From positions 124,001 to 188,000 of IMG/VR virus record IMGVR_UViG_3300029258_002750: a stretch of 64,000 nucleotides of DNA; one strand, 5' to 3'. The notes beneath the pieces were generated by a model. It saw nothing but the letters and a program-made list of their open reading frames with translations. It searched no databases and was not told the DNA's origin. Positions 54,218 through 62,056 of this stretch are shown here, in pieces. The translations under genes and the position numbers were made by a program. Position 1 is the first letter of the stretch, and the number at the start of each line of letters is the position of its first letter.

Positions 54218-54560
54218 GAAGAAGGCGAAGCGCAGGCACCTAGTTCCGACGCGACCGGAGCCAAGGCTAAAGCCGAAGTCGTTCTCGCCGAGCGCCACCA
54301 TCCGCGAGCTGGTGCGAATGCTGTTCGGTTCGGAGGTCAAGCCGGAGGGCGAGGTCTACTTGCAGTGCGGATCGGCTGACGAGCGGAGTGGCGAGATCTA
54401 CCTCCAGATTGGCCTCACCATCATCCCGGACCCCGATGCGAGCGTCGTGGATCGTCTTGGCGATCTCCTCAGGCGCGAGGAGCGAGAGGCGCTCACGCGC
54501 GGAAGCGACGGGTTCGTCGGCACACGCTTCGGCGAGGTCGGGATCGACCCCCTGGGATGA
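54207..54560 (+). CDS. hypothetical protein with C-tag
   Basis: SVVDRLGDL. Confidence 0.75.
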   Translation: MARRKKAKRRHLVPTRPEPRLKPKSFSPSATIRELVRMLFGSEVKPEGEVYLQCGSADERSGEIYLQIGLTIIPDPDASVVDRLGDLLRREEREALTRGSDGFVGTRFGEVGIDPLG

Positions 54561-54901
54561 CAGATCGGGAGAAGGAACTCATCGCGCGGCGGGCCTACGG
54601 CGAGTACGCCGTCAACGAGCAGTGCACGCGCATCTGGGAGAAGTACAGGAAGAAGCGGCGGGGGTCGATCTACATCGAGTTCTTACGCGTGATCCACCAG
54701 AGAAGCTACACGTGGGAGGAGTACGAGGCCGCAGCTCGGCCAATCCACAAGGAGCATCCCAGGGAGCCGTCTCCAGCCTTCGGGCCGGAACCCGGGCCGG
54801 AGCCGGAGCACGAGGGTCTCCTGGCTGACCGGGATTCGATCCTCGAAGCGCTCCGGCGACCGTGGCCGCGTCGTGGATTATCTGACGAGGAGAAGTCGTA
54901 A
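54557..54901 (+). CDS. hypothetical protein
   Basis: coupled ORF. Confidence 0.7.
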   Translation: MTDREKELIARRAYGEYAVNEQCTRIWEKYRKKRRGSIYIEFLRVIHQRSYTWEEYEAAARPIHKEHPREPSPAFGPEPGPEPEHEGLLADRDSILEALRRPWPRRGLSDEEKS

Positions 54902-54979
54902 GCTCCCATTGTAGCCCAACTTGCGATCGTGCGACGAGCGTACTAGATGTCGGACGTCTAGGGTAGGAACAGGAGAGCC

Positions 54980-55189
54980 ATGCTGCCGGACTACCTGATC
55001 GCCCTGACGGACCTTCACGAGAAGACGCCCCAGTTCTTCCGGGACGAGGTCTTCGCTCACGGGGATGCCAAGACCAGGATCGTCGCGCTCAGGATCCTAC
55101 GCGATGGCCTGGACCCCGTGCGGCGCTCCTCGCCTGTTCTCCGGGCGATGATGCAGATCGAGTCCAAGGAGCACGGAAACGCTGGGTAG
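54980..55189 (+). CDS. hypothetical protein
   Basis: AGGAG RBS. Confidence 0.7.
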   Translation: MLPDYLIALTDLHEKTPQFFRDEVFAHGDAKTRIVALRILRDGLDPVRRSSPVLRAMMQIESKEHGNAG

Positions 55190-55192
55190 AAC
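55184..55192 (+). promoter_or_regulatory. GGGTAGAAC putative promoter
   Basis: TAG is upstream stop; followed by AGGAGG. Confidence 0.7.
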
Positions 55193-55213
55193 CACATCAG
55201 GAGGTGGTTACCC

Positions 55214-55735
55214 ATGCCTTTCGTGAGGCTCGACGCAGACGAGATGGAGTTGATCCTGCTCCACCTGCCGGACGACACCGTGTGCCACGATCTCCGCTTG
55301 CGCCTTGGCACGATCCTGCCGATGGTCCCCCATCTACCTGAGAACTTCGTGGTTGCTGGGTCGGACGAGCACCACGTGGCGAGCAGCGAGGGCGTACCCG
55401 AGGAGCCCAAGGCCGAGGAGACCTGTTCGCCTCCCACTCAGGCCCACGCCGAGAAGCCCTGGCCCGAGGGCGTCGTGCCCTTCGGAACCCTGCCCTTCGG
55501 TTGGCGTCGACACGGCGAGCGCGTCGTGCGCGCCAAGGAGGAGCAGGACGTCATGAAGTGGATCCTGAAGGGGAAGAAGAAGGGGTGGACTCACGCCCAG
55601 ATCGCTGCCGATCTGAACGGCCGTCTCCTTCGCACCCGTCGTGGCTCCAAGTGGGAAGGGAGCGGCGTGGGACGTCTGCTGAAGACGTCAATCGAGCACG
55701 AGATGAACAAGCACCTCAAGAAGCGCTGGGGCTAG
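55214..55735 (+). CDS. serine-recombinase DNA-binding (Recombinase) domain protein lacking catalytic domain
   Basis: PFGW...EQDVMKWI...G.T.AQIAADLN.....TRRGSKW....V.RLL. Confidence 0.7.
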   Translation: MPFVRLDADEMELILLHLPDDTVCHDLRLRLGTILPMVPHLPENFVVAGSDEHHVASSEGVPEEPKAEETCSPPTQAHAEKPWPEGVVPFGTLPFGWRRHGERVVRAKEEQDVMKWILKGKKKGWTHAQIAADLNGRLLRTRRGSKWEGSGVGRLLKTSIEHEMNKHLKKRWG

Positions 55736-55775
55736 ACGATCGCACGCGCGCCCGCTGATCGTTAGAATCGCGGTC

Positions 55776-57239
55776 ATGACCACGCTGACCGCACTGCTGC
55801 TCGAGGCCCGTCGAGGCAGGATGGGCCGCTCCGGCCGCCGCCGTCCGCTCAAGACGGCTCCGCGTCACAAGACATCGGCCAGGCGCGAGAAGAAGTCCGC
55901 CAAGCCCATCAAGATCACCAAGGAGATGCTCAAGAAGGGCGTCAAGCCCGAGGGCGTCACCTGGAAGGACTGGATGCAGGCAGGCGGCAAGTTCGGTGGC
56001 GGTACAGGCAAGCCCAGGCCGAAGAAGCTCCGCGTCCCGAGCCATGTGGAGGTTGAGATCGGCCGCTGGGCGCTCGATCGGGTCTACATCAGCGACTCGA
56101 ATCTCGAGCACCACCTCCAGCGATCTGGCCGCAAGGGAGATCTCCCGCACACGGCCGCATGGGTCGGTACGGACAAGGAGCGGATGAAGCTCCTGCTCAA
56201 GTTAGGCGTTCGTCACTACCGCAAGAAGGGCCGGAAGTCGAAGGAGAAGGAGAAGGCGAAGTCGGTCTCGAAGTCGATGGGGAAGGCGCTCTCGGCCGAC
56301 CCGTTCGCGGGAGCCAGCTGGGGAGACGAGGACAAACTCCAGCAGACCGGCTGGTGGGGCGTGGGCGGCGGCAAGAAGGCATCGAAGCGGCTCCCGAAGC
56401 CGAAGCCGAAGCTCACGCCCGAGCAGCAGAAGCTCCGAGATCTGGTGAGCGGCTTCAAGAAGAAGATGTCGCACATCCCGCGTACGGCGGCCGGTGGCAT
56501 CGTCTTCAAGACGTTCGAGGGTCCCGATCTCTGGGATCTGCCGGTGCTGGCCTGCCAGGTCGCGCCCAAGTACGGCACCTACTGGGTGTTCCCGAAGGGT
56601 GGTCTCGACATTGGCGAGAGCCTGCACAAGGGGGCGGCTCGCGAGGTCAAGGAGGAGAGCGGTGTTCGTGCGAAGGTCGCGAACAACCAGGCGCACGTTA
56701 CCAAGAGCAAGTTCGGTGACCGTGGCAAGTACGACCTTCCGCTCATCCTGAAGCTGATGAAGGAGCAGTACCCCAAGGAGGCCAAGTTCATCGAGTCCCA
56801 GGCTGAGGAGATCAAGGGGATGTTCTTCTCCTGGGAGAATGAGACCCACTACTACGTGATGAAGCACACCGGCGGCTCGCCGGGGTCTGGCACCGATCAC
56901 GAGATGGCCCGCTCCGAGTGGGTATCGCTGCGCGACGCGTTCAAGCGCAGCTATCGGATGGAGGAGGTCGTCACGAAGCTCTTCCCGGTGATCAGGCGGA
57001 TGTGGAAGCCGACCGGCGAGGCGAAGAAGCCGCTGCCGATCTCGGCGCTGCGGACGCCCAAGCCGAAGACGATGCCGGTCGGCAAGCCATCGGGCAAACC
57101 GATCGGCCCGAGCCGGATCGTGATTACACCGGCCACGAAGCAGTCGCAGAAGCACACGCCGCTGAAGCAGTGGCCGCCGCCGAAGAAGCAGACCAGCTAC
57201 AAGAGCTACCCGATCTGGAAGCTCTACGGCGGCAGCTAG
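55776..57239 (+). CDS. Lys-rich protein with Nudix hydrolase domain
   Basis: WVFPKG + Nudix box GGLDIGESLHKGAAREVKEESGV. Confidence 0.9.
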   Translation: MTTLTALLLEARRGRMGRSGRRRPLKTAPRHKTSARREKKSAKPIKITKEMLKKGVKPEGVTWKDWMQAGGKFGGGTGKPRPKKLRVPSHVEVEIGRWALDRVYISDSNLEHHLQRSGRKGDLPHTAAWVGTDKERMKLLLKLGVRHYRKKGRKSKEKEKAKSVSKSMGKALSADPFAGASWGDEDKLQQTGWWGVGGGKKASKRLPKPKPKLTPEQQKLRDLVSGFKKKMSHIPRTAAGGIVFKTFEGPDLWDLPVLACQVAPKYGTYWVFPKGGLDIGESLHKGAAREVKEESGVRAKVANNQAHVTKSKFGDRGKYDLPLILKLMKEQYPKEAKFIESQAEEIKGMFFSWENETHYYVMKHTGGSPGSGTDHEMARSEWVSLRDAFKRSYRMEEVVTKLFPVIRRMWKPTGEAKKPLPISALRTPKPKTMPVGKPSGKPIGPSRIVITPATKQSQKHTPLKQWPPPKKQTSYKSYPIWKLYGGS

Positions 57240-57628
57240 CTCTCGCTCGGATCAGGGTGCGTCGCGGCCAGCACATCGATCGTGCTGGTCGAGTCGCCGA
57301 CGATCGCCTGGATCTCGGCTGCGCTGACGCCCTTCAGGATGAGCGCTCGCATGAGGCGCAGGATCGCCTCGCTCTTGGCGCTCTCCCGCGTGTCCTTCGA
57401 TCGCCAGCCGCAGCTCGGACAGAACGGCTGGGCCAGCTCCCAGGAGGCGGCCACGATCTGCACGCGGGAGGTCTTGATCGAGGACTTCGTGAAGCCGACG
57501 CCCTCCCAGGGGTAGGGCGCCGACATGGTGACGTTGTAGAGCGCGACCAGCTTGCCGTCACAGCCTGGCGCCGGGCAGGGGCACGCCTCGAACTCGTTGG
57601 CCTTGCTCCAGTTCTTGTCCTTCGCCAT
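57236..57628 (-). CDS. Zn-ribbon protein with degenerate C-tag
   Basis: CP.PGC...CPSC; STIDVLAAT. Confidence 0.75.
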   Translation of the reverse strand: MAKDKNWSKANEFEACPCPAPGCDGKLVALYNVTMSAPYPWEGVGFTKSSIKTSRVQIVAASWELAQPFCPSCGWRSKDTRESAKSEAILRLMRALILKGVSAAEIQAIVGDSTSTIDVLAATHPDPSES

Positions 57629-57634
57629 GCGATC

Positions 57635-57643
57635 GTTCTACCC
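57635..57643 (-). promoter_or_regulatory. GGGTAGAAC putative promoter, leaderless
   Basis: 6 nt before ATG 57628. Confidence 0.75.
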
Positions 57644-57648
57644 CGGCC

Positions 57649-58467
57649 TCAGCTGATCTTGCCGGTCTTCTCGGTGATCTTGGTGGCCAGCACATGGAGC
57701 TTGCGATCTGCGATCTTCTTCTTGGCCTCCTCCCAGGCCGTCCACGACTTGATCCACTCGGTGAGCTTGTTCTTCCACTGGACTAGGGCGTCGCCCTTGG
57801 CTCGCGCGATGGCGTGTTCGACCTCGTTCGCGTTCCAGCTCGTGTCTCCCTTGGTCTTGCCGTTGAGCAGTTCCCTCTTGGCCTCGGTTCGCGCGGTCCG
57901 AATGTGGCCGATCAGAGCGCCCTCCCTTTCGGCCAGCCCCTCGGCCCACTCGCGTTGGAAGTCGACGATGGCCGCACGTCGGATGTCCTTGTGCTTCGCT
58001 GTGTAGACGATCCCGTTCTTGGTGATCGAGCGCGCGATCCCCTCCTGGTGCTCCTTGCAGCGCTGGGCGAAGGCTTCCACCGAGTCCCGGATTTCCTTCA
58101 CGAGGTCGCGGGCCGCGTGCTCGCGAAGCGCCTTCTCAGCTTGCGCCTCCTTCTTCAGCTCCTCGAGAATCTCCTCGGCCTTCACCTTGTTTCGGCCGAG
58201 GTCCACGACCTCGAACTGGGCGTCGTAGCGCTGCCAGTCCTGGTAGGGCGCGCGCGGCTCGGCCCCGAGCATCGTCACGATGTCGACCTCACTTCCCCAG
58301 GCCCCGCGCATCGCGGCGACGAGGTCGCGGGTCTTACTGGAGAGCCTCCACTCCCACCTGTGGCGCAGGCCATAGTACTGGAACGTGCGCAGGCCGCGCG
58401 TGCGGGTGGCCAGAGTGATCTCCGGCTTCTCGTCAGCCTTGGTGGTCTCGGTGGTCTCTTCGGTCAC
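57649..58467 (-). CDS. coiled-coil hypothetical protein
   Basis: long clean ORF, coupled. Confidence 0.8.
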   Translation of the reverse strand: MTEETTETTKADEKPEITLATRTRGLRTFQYYGLRHRWEWRLSSKTRDLVAAMRGAWGSEVDIVTMLGAEPRAPYQDWQRYDAQFEVVDLGRNKVKAEEILEELKKEAQAEKALREHAARDLVKEIRDSVEAFAQRCKEHQEGIARSITKNGIVYTAKHKDIRRAAIVDFQREWAEGLAEREGALIGHIRTARTEAKRELLNGKTKGDTSWNANEVEHAIARAKGDALVQWKNKLTEWIKSWTAWEEAKKKIADRKLHVLATKITEKTGKIS

Positions 58468-59297
58468 GCTGCCTTCTCTTCGGCCTCGGGCGTCTTGAAC
58501 CAGTCCGGCTCGCGCCAGCCGTCTTCCTTCGCTTCCTCGATTGAGTCGTAGCCGGAGGCGATGGCCTCGTCTTCGGGTGTCCAGGTCTCACCCCTGTTGA
58601 TCGCCTGGCGGCCCTCGTATGTCAGGTCGATCTCGTCGCCGTCGTGCGAGCTGTCGTAGTCGGTGTCGGCATTGGCGAGCACGTAGCCCCATCCACCGCA
58701 CAGCTTGCACACGTCCTTCGCGTAGGGCCTGCCGCCCATGTGCCCCTCGCCCTCGCATCGGGGGCACGCCCAGACGGGCGCGTCGTGCGGCGAGGCGTAG
58801 TGATGGCTCTCCTCGCGCGCCTTGTGCAGCAGCTTCAGGATGGGCAGTACTTGCTCTTCGCACCCCGCGTACTCCAGCAACGCCATGGCGAGCCGGACGA
58901 CTTCGTGCGCAGGCTGCTCTCGCGCGAACTTGCCGACTGGTGAGGAGTAGCCCTCGATGATCTTGTCCACGGCCAGGGAGAAGACGACCTCGCGCTCGGC
59001 GTCGGCCTTTGCCTCGGCCTCGGTCTTCTTCGCAACCTCGGCCAGCTTCTCGACCGCGCTCATGTCGTGGCGGTCGCACAACTTCTTCGCCGACTCGTGT
59101 GCCAGCTGCCAGAGCCTTTCCTCCTCTTCGTCGAGGCAATTCCTGGGCTCCAGCCCTTCGCAGATGGTGTGCTCGTAGCGATACCGCGCGAGGGACAGGT
59201 CGGTGCCGAGACTCGCGACGTGGGACAGGAACTCCTCCTTGGTGAGCGGGGTGTTGTGCCCGTCCGGGACCGGAACGTATCGCCGCTGGTAGGTCAC
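58464..59297 (-). CDS. hypothetical protein with DnaJ-like CxxCxGxG Zn finger
   Basis: CPRCEGEG...CKLCGGWG. Confidence 0.75.
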   Translation of the reverse strand: MTYQRRYVPVPDGHNTPLTKEEFLSHVASLGTDLSLARYRYEHTICEGLEPRNCLDEEEERLWQLAHESAKKLCDRHDMSAVEKLAEVAKKTEAEAKADAEREVVFSLAVDKIIEGYSSPVGKFAREQPAHEVVRLAMALLEYAGCEEQVLPILKLLHKAREESHHYASPHDAPVWACPRCEGEGHMGGRPYAKDVCKLCGGWGYVLANADTDYDSSHDGDEIDLTYEGRQAINRGETWTPEDEAIASGYDSIEEAKEDGWREPDWFKTPEAEEKAA

Positions 59298-59467
59298 TTC
59301 TTCTCCGTGCACCGCTTGCAGCGTCGCCGTCTCGCGATCGGTTTGCTCGCGTCGACCAGCGTGTAGTGACCGCACTCCAGGTACTCGACGCGGAACTGGC
59401 TCATGACCGACTCGCCGTTCGGCTTGTCGTTCGACTGTCGCACGACCCTGCGGAGCGGAGCGGCCAT
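59294..59467 (-). CDS. small Zn-finger protein
   Basis: LECGH...RRCKRC; both ends coupled. Confidence 0.7.
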   Translation of the reverse strand: MAAPLRRVVRQSNDKPNGESVMSQFRVEYLECGHYTLVDASKPIARRRRCKRCTEKK

Positions 59468-60483
59468 TAGTAGCGCGCCCCAGAGATTCCGCTCGCGCTC
59501 ACGTAGTCCGGGTCGCCGGGGATGGCCGAGGCGCCGACCGTCGCGGGCTCCTCGGTGGTCCCGTTTGCGGCCTTCTCCAGCTTGTTGACGAGCTTCTCGA
59601 AGAAGCCGCGCTGCTTGCCGCCCGGCGCGAACGAGCCGAACTTGACGACCTTCGCGGCGATGTCCTTGATCGCGTTGCGCTCGTAGTCGTCGAGCTTGCT
59701 CGCGCCAGCGTCCCACGCCTTCCGGGAGCGGTTGATCAGTTCGGCGTCGTCGGCCGCCAGCTCGGCCAGGTCGTCGTCGGGGACCGGCTGGGTGGGCTCG
59801 CCCATCTTGACCGTCTCGGGCTCCGGCTCGCTGGCCTTCTGGGCGTCCAGCTCGGCCTGCTTGTCGAGCACCGGCTCGAGCCGCTTGATCCACTCCTGCG
59901 CGGTCTTCCGCACGCAGGTGCCGTCGAGCACCTTGTAGGCGTTCTTCGAGAGTGCCTTGCGGTCGTACCAGGAGAGGACCGACCGTGCCTTGTAGCCGGT
60001 CTTGTGGAAGAGCGCGTAGACCGTCTGGCGCGCCGTCTTGTCCTCCTCGACCGAGAGACCGCGCGTCTCCAGCAGCTCCAGGCAGAGGTCTTCGCAGACC
60101 TTCACCTTCATCGCGGCCTTGCACTTGGACATCTCCTTGTCCCAGCGCTTGAGGGCCTCGAGCTTCTCGGCCGACTCCGGCACCGCGTCCAGCCAGTCGG
60201 TGATGCACTTGGACCCGACCGGGGAGAGGGTGACCTCCTCGGTTCGCACGAGGCCGGTCGCGACCTTGCCGAGCGCGGTCGGCGTGTCGGGCGCCTCGAA
60301 GTGGATCGCGAAGAGCCACTTGATGTTCTTGTGCTCGCAGAGGATGCAGTCGTCGCCGTCGTCCTCGTAGCCGATGAACTCGGGGTGTGCGAAGGCGACG
60401 TCGTGGTCGCCGAGGCCGTGCTTCGCGAACACCTCGGCGCGCTTCAGGTTGTGCTTGTTGATCGTCTTCTTGCTGAGTGCCAC
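59467..60483 (-). CDS. hypothetical protein with Zn finger
   Basis: CILCEH...VGSKCI; AAGGAG RBS. Confidence 0.8.
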   Translation of the reverse strand: MALSKKTINKHNLKRAEVFAKHGLGDHDVAFAHPEFIGYEDDGDDCILCEHKNIKWLFAIHFEAPDTPTALGKVATGLVRTEEVTLSPVGSKCITDWLDAVPESAEKLEALKRWDKEMSKCKAAMKVKVCEDLCLELLETRGLSVEEDKTARQTVYALFHKTGYKARSVLSWYDRKALSKNAYKVLDGTCVRKTAQEWIKRLEPVLDKQAELDAQKASEPEPETVKMGEPTQPVPDDDLAELAADDAELINRSRKAWDAGASKLDDYERNAIKDIAAKVVKFGSFAPGGKQRGFFEKLVNKLEKAANGTTEEPATVGASAIPGDPDYVSASGISGARY

Positions 60484-60501
60484 TGTGTGACTCCTTCCAC
60501 C

Positions 60502-60532
60502 CCTCTCAACAACCAGGCGTCTGGTTCTCACA
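60502..60532 (-). promoter_or_regulatory. bipartite motif TGTGAGAAC-N11-TTGTTGAGAGG
   Basis: copy 4. Confidence 0.7.
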
Positions 60533-60545
60533 CCTCTCTTTGAAG

Positions 60546-60554
60546 GTTCTACCC
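60546..60554 (-). promoter_or_regulatory. GGGTAGAAC putative promoter
   Basis: upstream of bipartite motif. Confidence 0.6.
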
Positions 60555-60565
60555 AGCTCGCGCGA

Positions 60566-61126
60566 ATGGACTTGTGCTCGCCAGGAATGCCCTCTAGCCG
60601 TAGGATGTCTGGGTCCTACGAGGCCATGGGGGTTACGACAATGCTGGACTTACGTCTGTCCGACTCACGGCTGTGGCACTATCGGGCGGTGGTCACCCGA
60701 GTGATCGACGGTGACACCGTCGAAGCGCACATCGACTGCGGGTTCGGTAACTACCGGGTCGAGCGGCTCCGGCTCGCGAGGGTGGACGCGCCCGAGATGA
60801 GGCCGCGTCGGGGCACGCCCGAGCAGAAGGAGGCCGAGCGAGCTGTCGCGGCAGAGTCCAAGGACCGTGTGATCGAGTTGGTCCAGGGCCGCGAGTGCAT
60901 GATCCGCACCTACAAGACCGGCAACTTCGGCAGGTGGATCGCCGACGTCCACCTCCCTGACGATGCGGTCTCCGCGCTAGGCCGTGTCGCATCGGACGAG
61001 CCGTTGAAGACCGTCAACGAGGTGCTCATCGAGGAGAAGCTGGCGATCCAGTACGGAGGGAAGAAGCCGGACAACTGGGAGGAGTACCGCAACCAGCCCC
61101 GGCCCGAGGAGGCCGGAGAGGCGTAG
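60566..61126 (+). CDS. thermonuclease (SNase-fold) with inserted C-tag
   Basis: RVIDGDT, RLARVDAPE, NFGRWIADV, VNEVLIEEKLA; start may be later (60605-60641). Confidence 0.85.
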   Translation: MDLCSPGMPSSRRMSGSYEAMGVTTMLDLRLSDSRLWHYRAVVTRVIDGDTVEAHIDCGFGNYRVERLRLARVDAPEMRPRRGTPEQKEAERAVAAESKDRVIELVQGRECMIRTYKTGNFGRWIADVHLPDDAVSALGRVASDEPLKTVNEVLIEEKLAIQYGGKKPDNWEEYRNQPRPEEAGEA

Positions 61127-61169
61127 CGATCGGGCCAATCTGCTATCCTCGCTGCTTGGAGATGATCTG

Positions 61170-61694
61170 GTGACGACGACCGTGGTGCTGAAGCGTCGGC
61201 CGCTGAAGACACTCCCGTGGGAGAAGATGTCCCAGCAGCTCAAGGACGCGATGCAGGCGTGGATCGATTCGGGCGGCGATCCAGCGCTCTTGGACAAGGT
61301 CGAGGCGCTCACCAAGAAGGTCCAGCAGGCGTCGAAGAAGGAGCTGCCGCCGCGCAAGCGGGTGAAGTCGAAGAAGGGCCTGGGCGGACGCCACTTCCGG
61401 GAGGAGCTACTCAGCTGGCTCAGGGAGGCGATGCCGAACCCGCGCTTTCCAATGCTCCCTGGGGAGCGCGACAAGTTCTCCTACACTGAGCTGGGGATGC
61501 GCTCGCGCGTGCAGCGCGCTGCGCGCACGGGCGAGTGGACCGTGGTCTTCACCAACGGATTCGTGAAGAAGCCGGTGAAGGTGAAGGCGAGCGCCGAGCG
61601 AATGGCGGAGCGGGCTGCCTGGAAGAAGACCGGCTACAGCAAGAGGCTCTGGAAGATCGTCCGTACCGTGCCACCCGTCAAGAAGGTGAAGTGA
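61170..61694 (+). CDS. basic hypothetical protein
   Basis: Lys-rich; GGAG RBS. Confidence 0.75.
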   Translation: MTTTVVLKRRPLKTLPWEKMSQQLKDAMQAWIDSGGDPALLDKVEALTKKVQQASKKELPPRKRVKSKKGLGGRHFREELLSWLREAMPNPRFPMLPGERDKFSYTELGMRSRVQRAARTGEWTVVFTNGFVKKPVKVKASAERMAERAAWKKTGYSKRLWKIVRTVPPVKKVK

Positions 61695-62056
61695 TGGGGG
61701 AGCCGCTCGACGAGACGATGGCCCGGCGGCCAGAGATCAGGAAGCGGATGGTCTACATTCGCCGCAAGGCGATGGGGCCGCCGCCGCCGGAGACGCCCGA
61801 GGCCGAGCTGGTCGACGAGATGATCCGCGAGGCCGCGATCGACTTCGATCTCTCGCCGGTCCTCTCAGGCGACAAGCTCCTGGCCCAGCGAGTGGCCGAT
61901 GACTTCGTGAGGGACCTCAGGAAGAAGGTCAGCGCCGACACGGAGATATCGGATGAGGATCTCGAGAAACGGCTTGAGATGCTGTGGCCGTGGTTCTACC
62001 GCTCGCTGAACATCTTCCGCAACCGGCTCAAGACCGCAATTGGAGGACAGTCGTGA
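61694..62056 (+). CDS. hypothetical protein
   Basis: TGATG coupled. Confidence 0.75.
   Translation: MGEPLDETMARRPEIRKRMVYIRRKAMGPPPPETPEAELVDEMIREAAIDFDLSPVLSGDKLLAQRVADDFVRDLRKKVSADTEISDEDLEKRLEMLWPWFYRSLNIFRNRLKTAIGGQS

Noticed and set aside
399-54560. Integron-like attC sites or a DNA repeat as the explanation for the C-tag
   Set aside because: The DNA varies synonymously, the motif is always in the coding frame, it occurs inside genes, and there is no attC-like inverted structure or integrase. RBS overlap explains only part of it.
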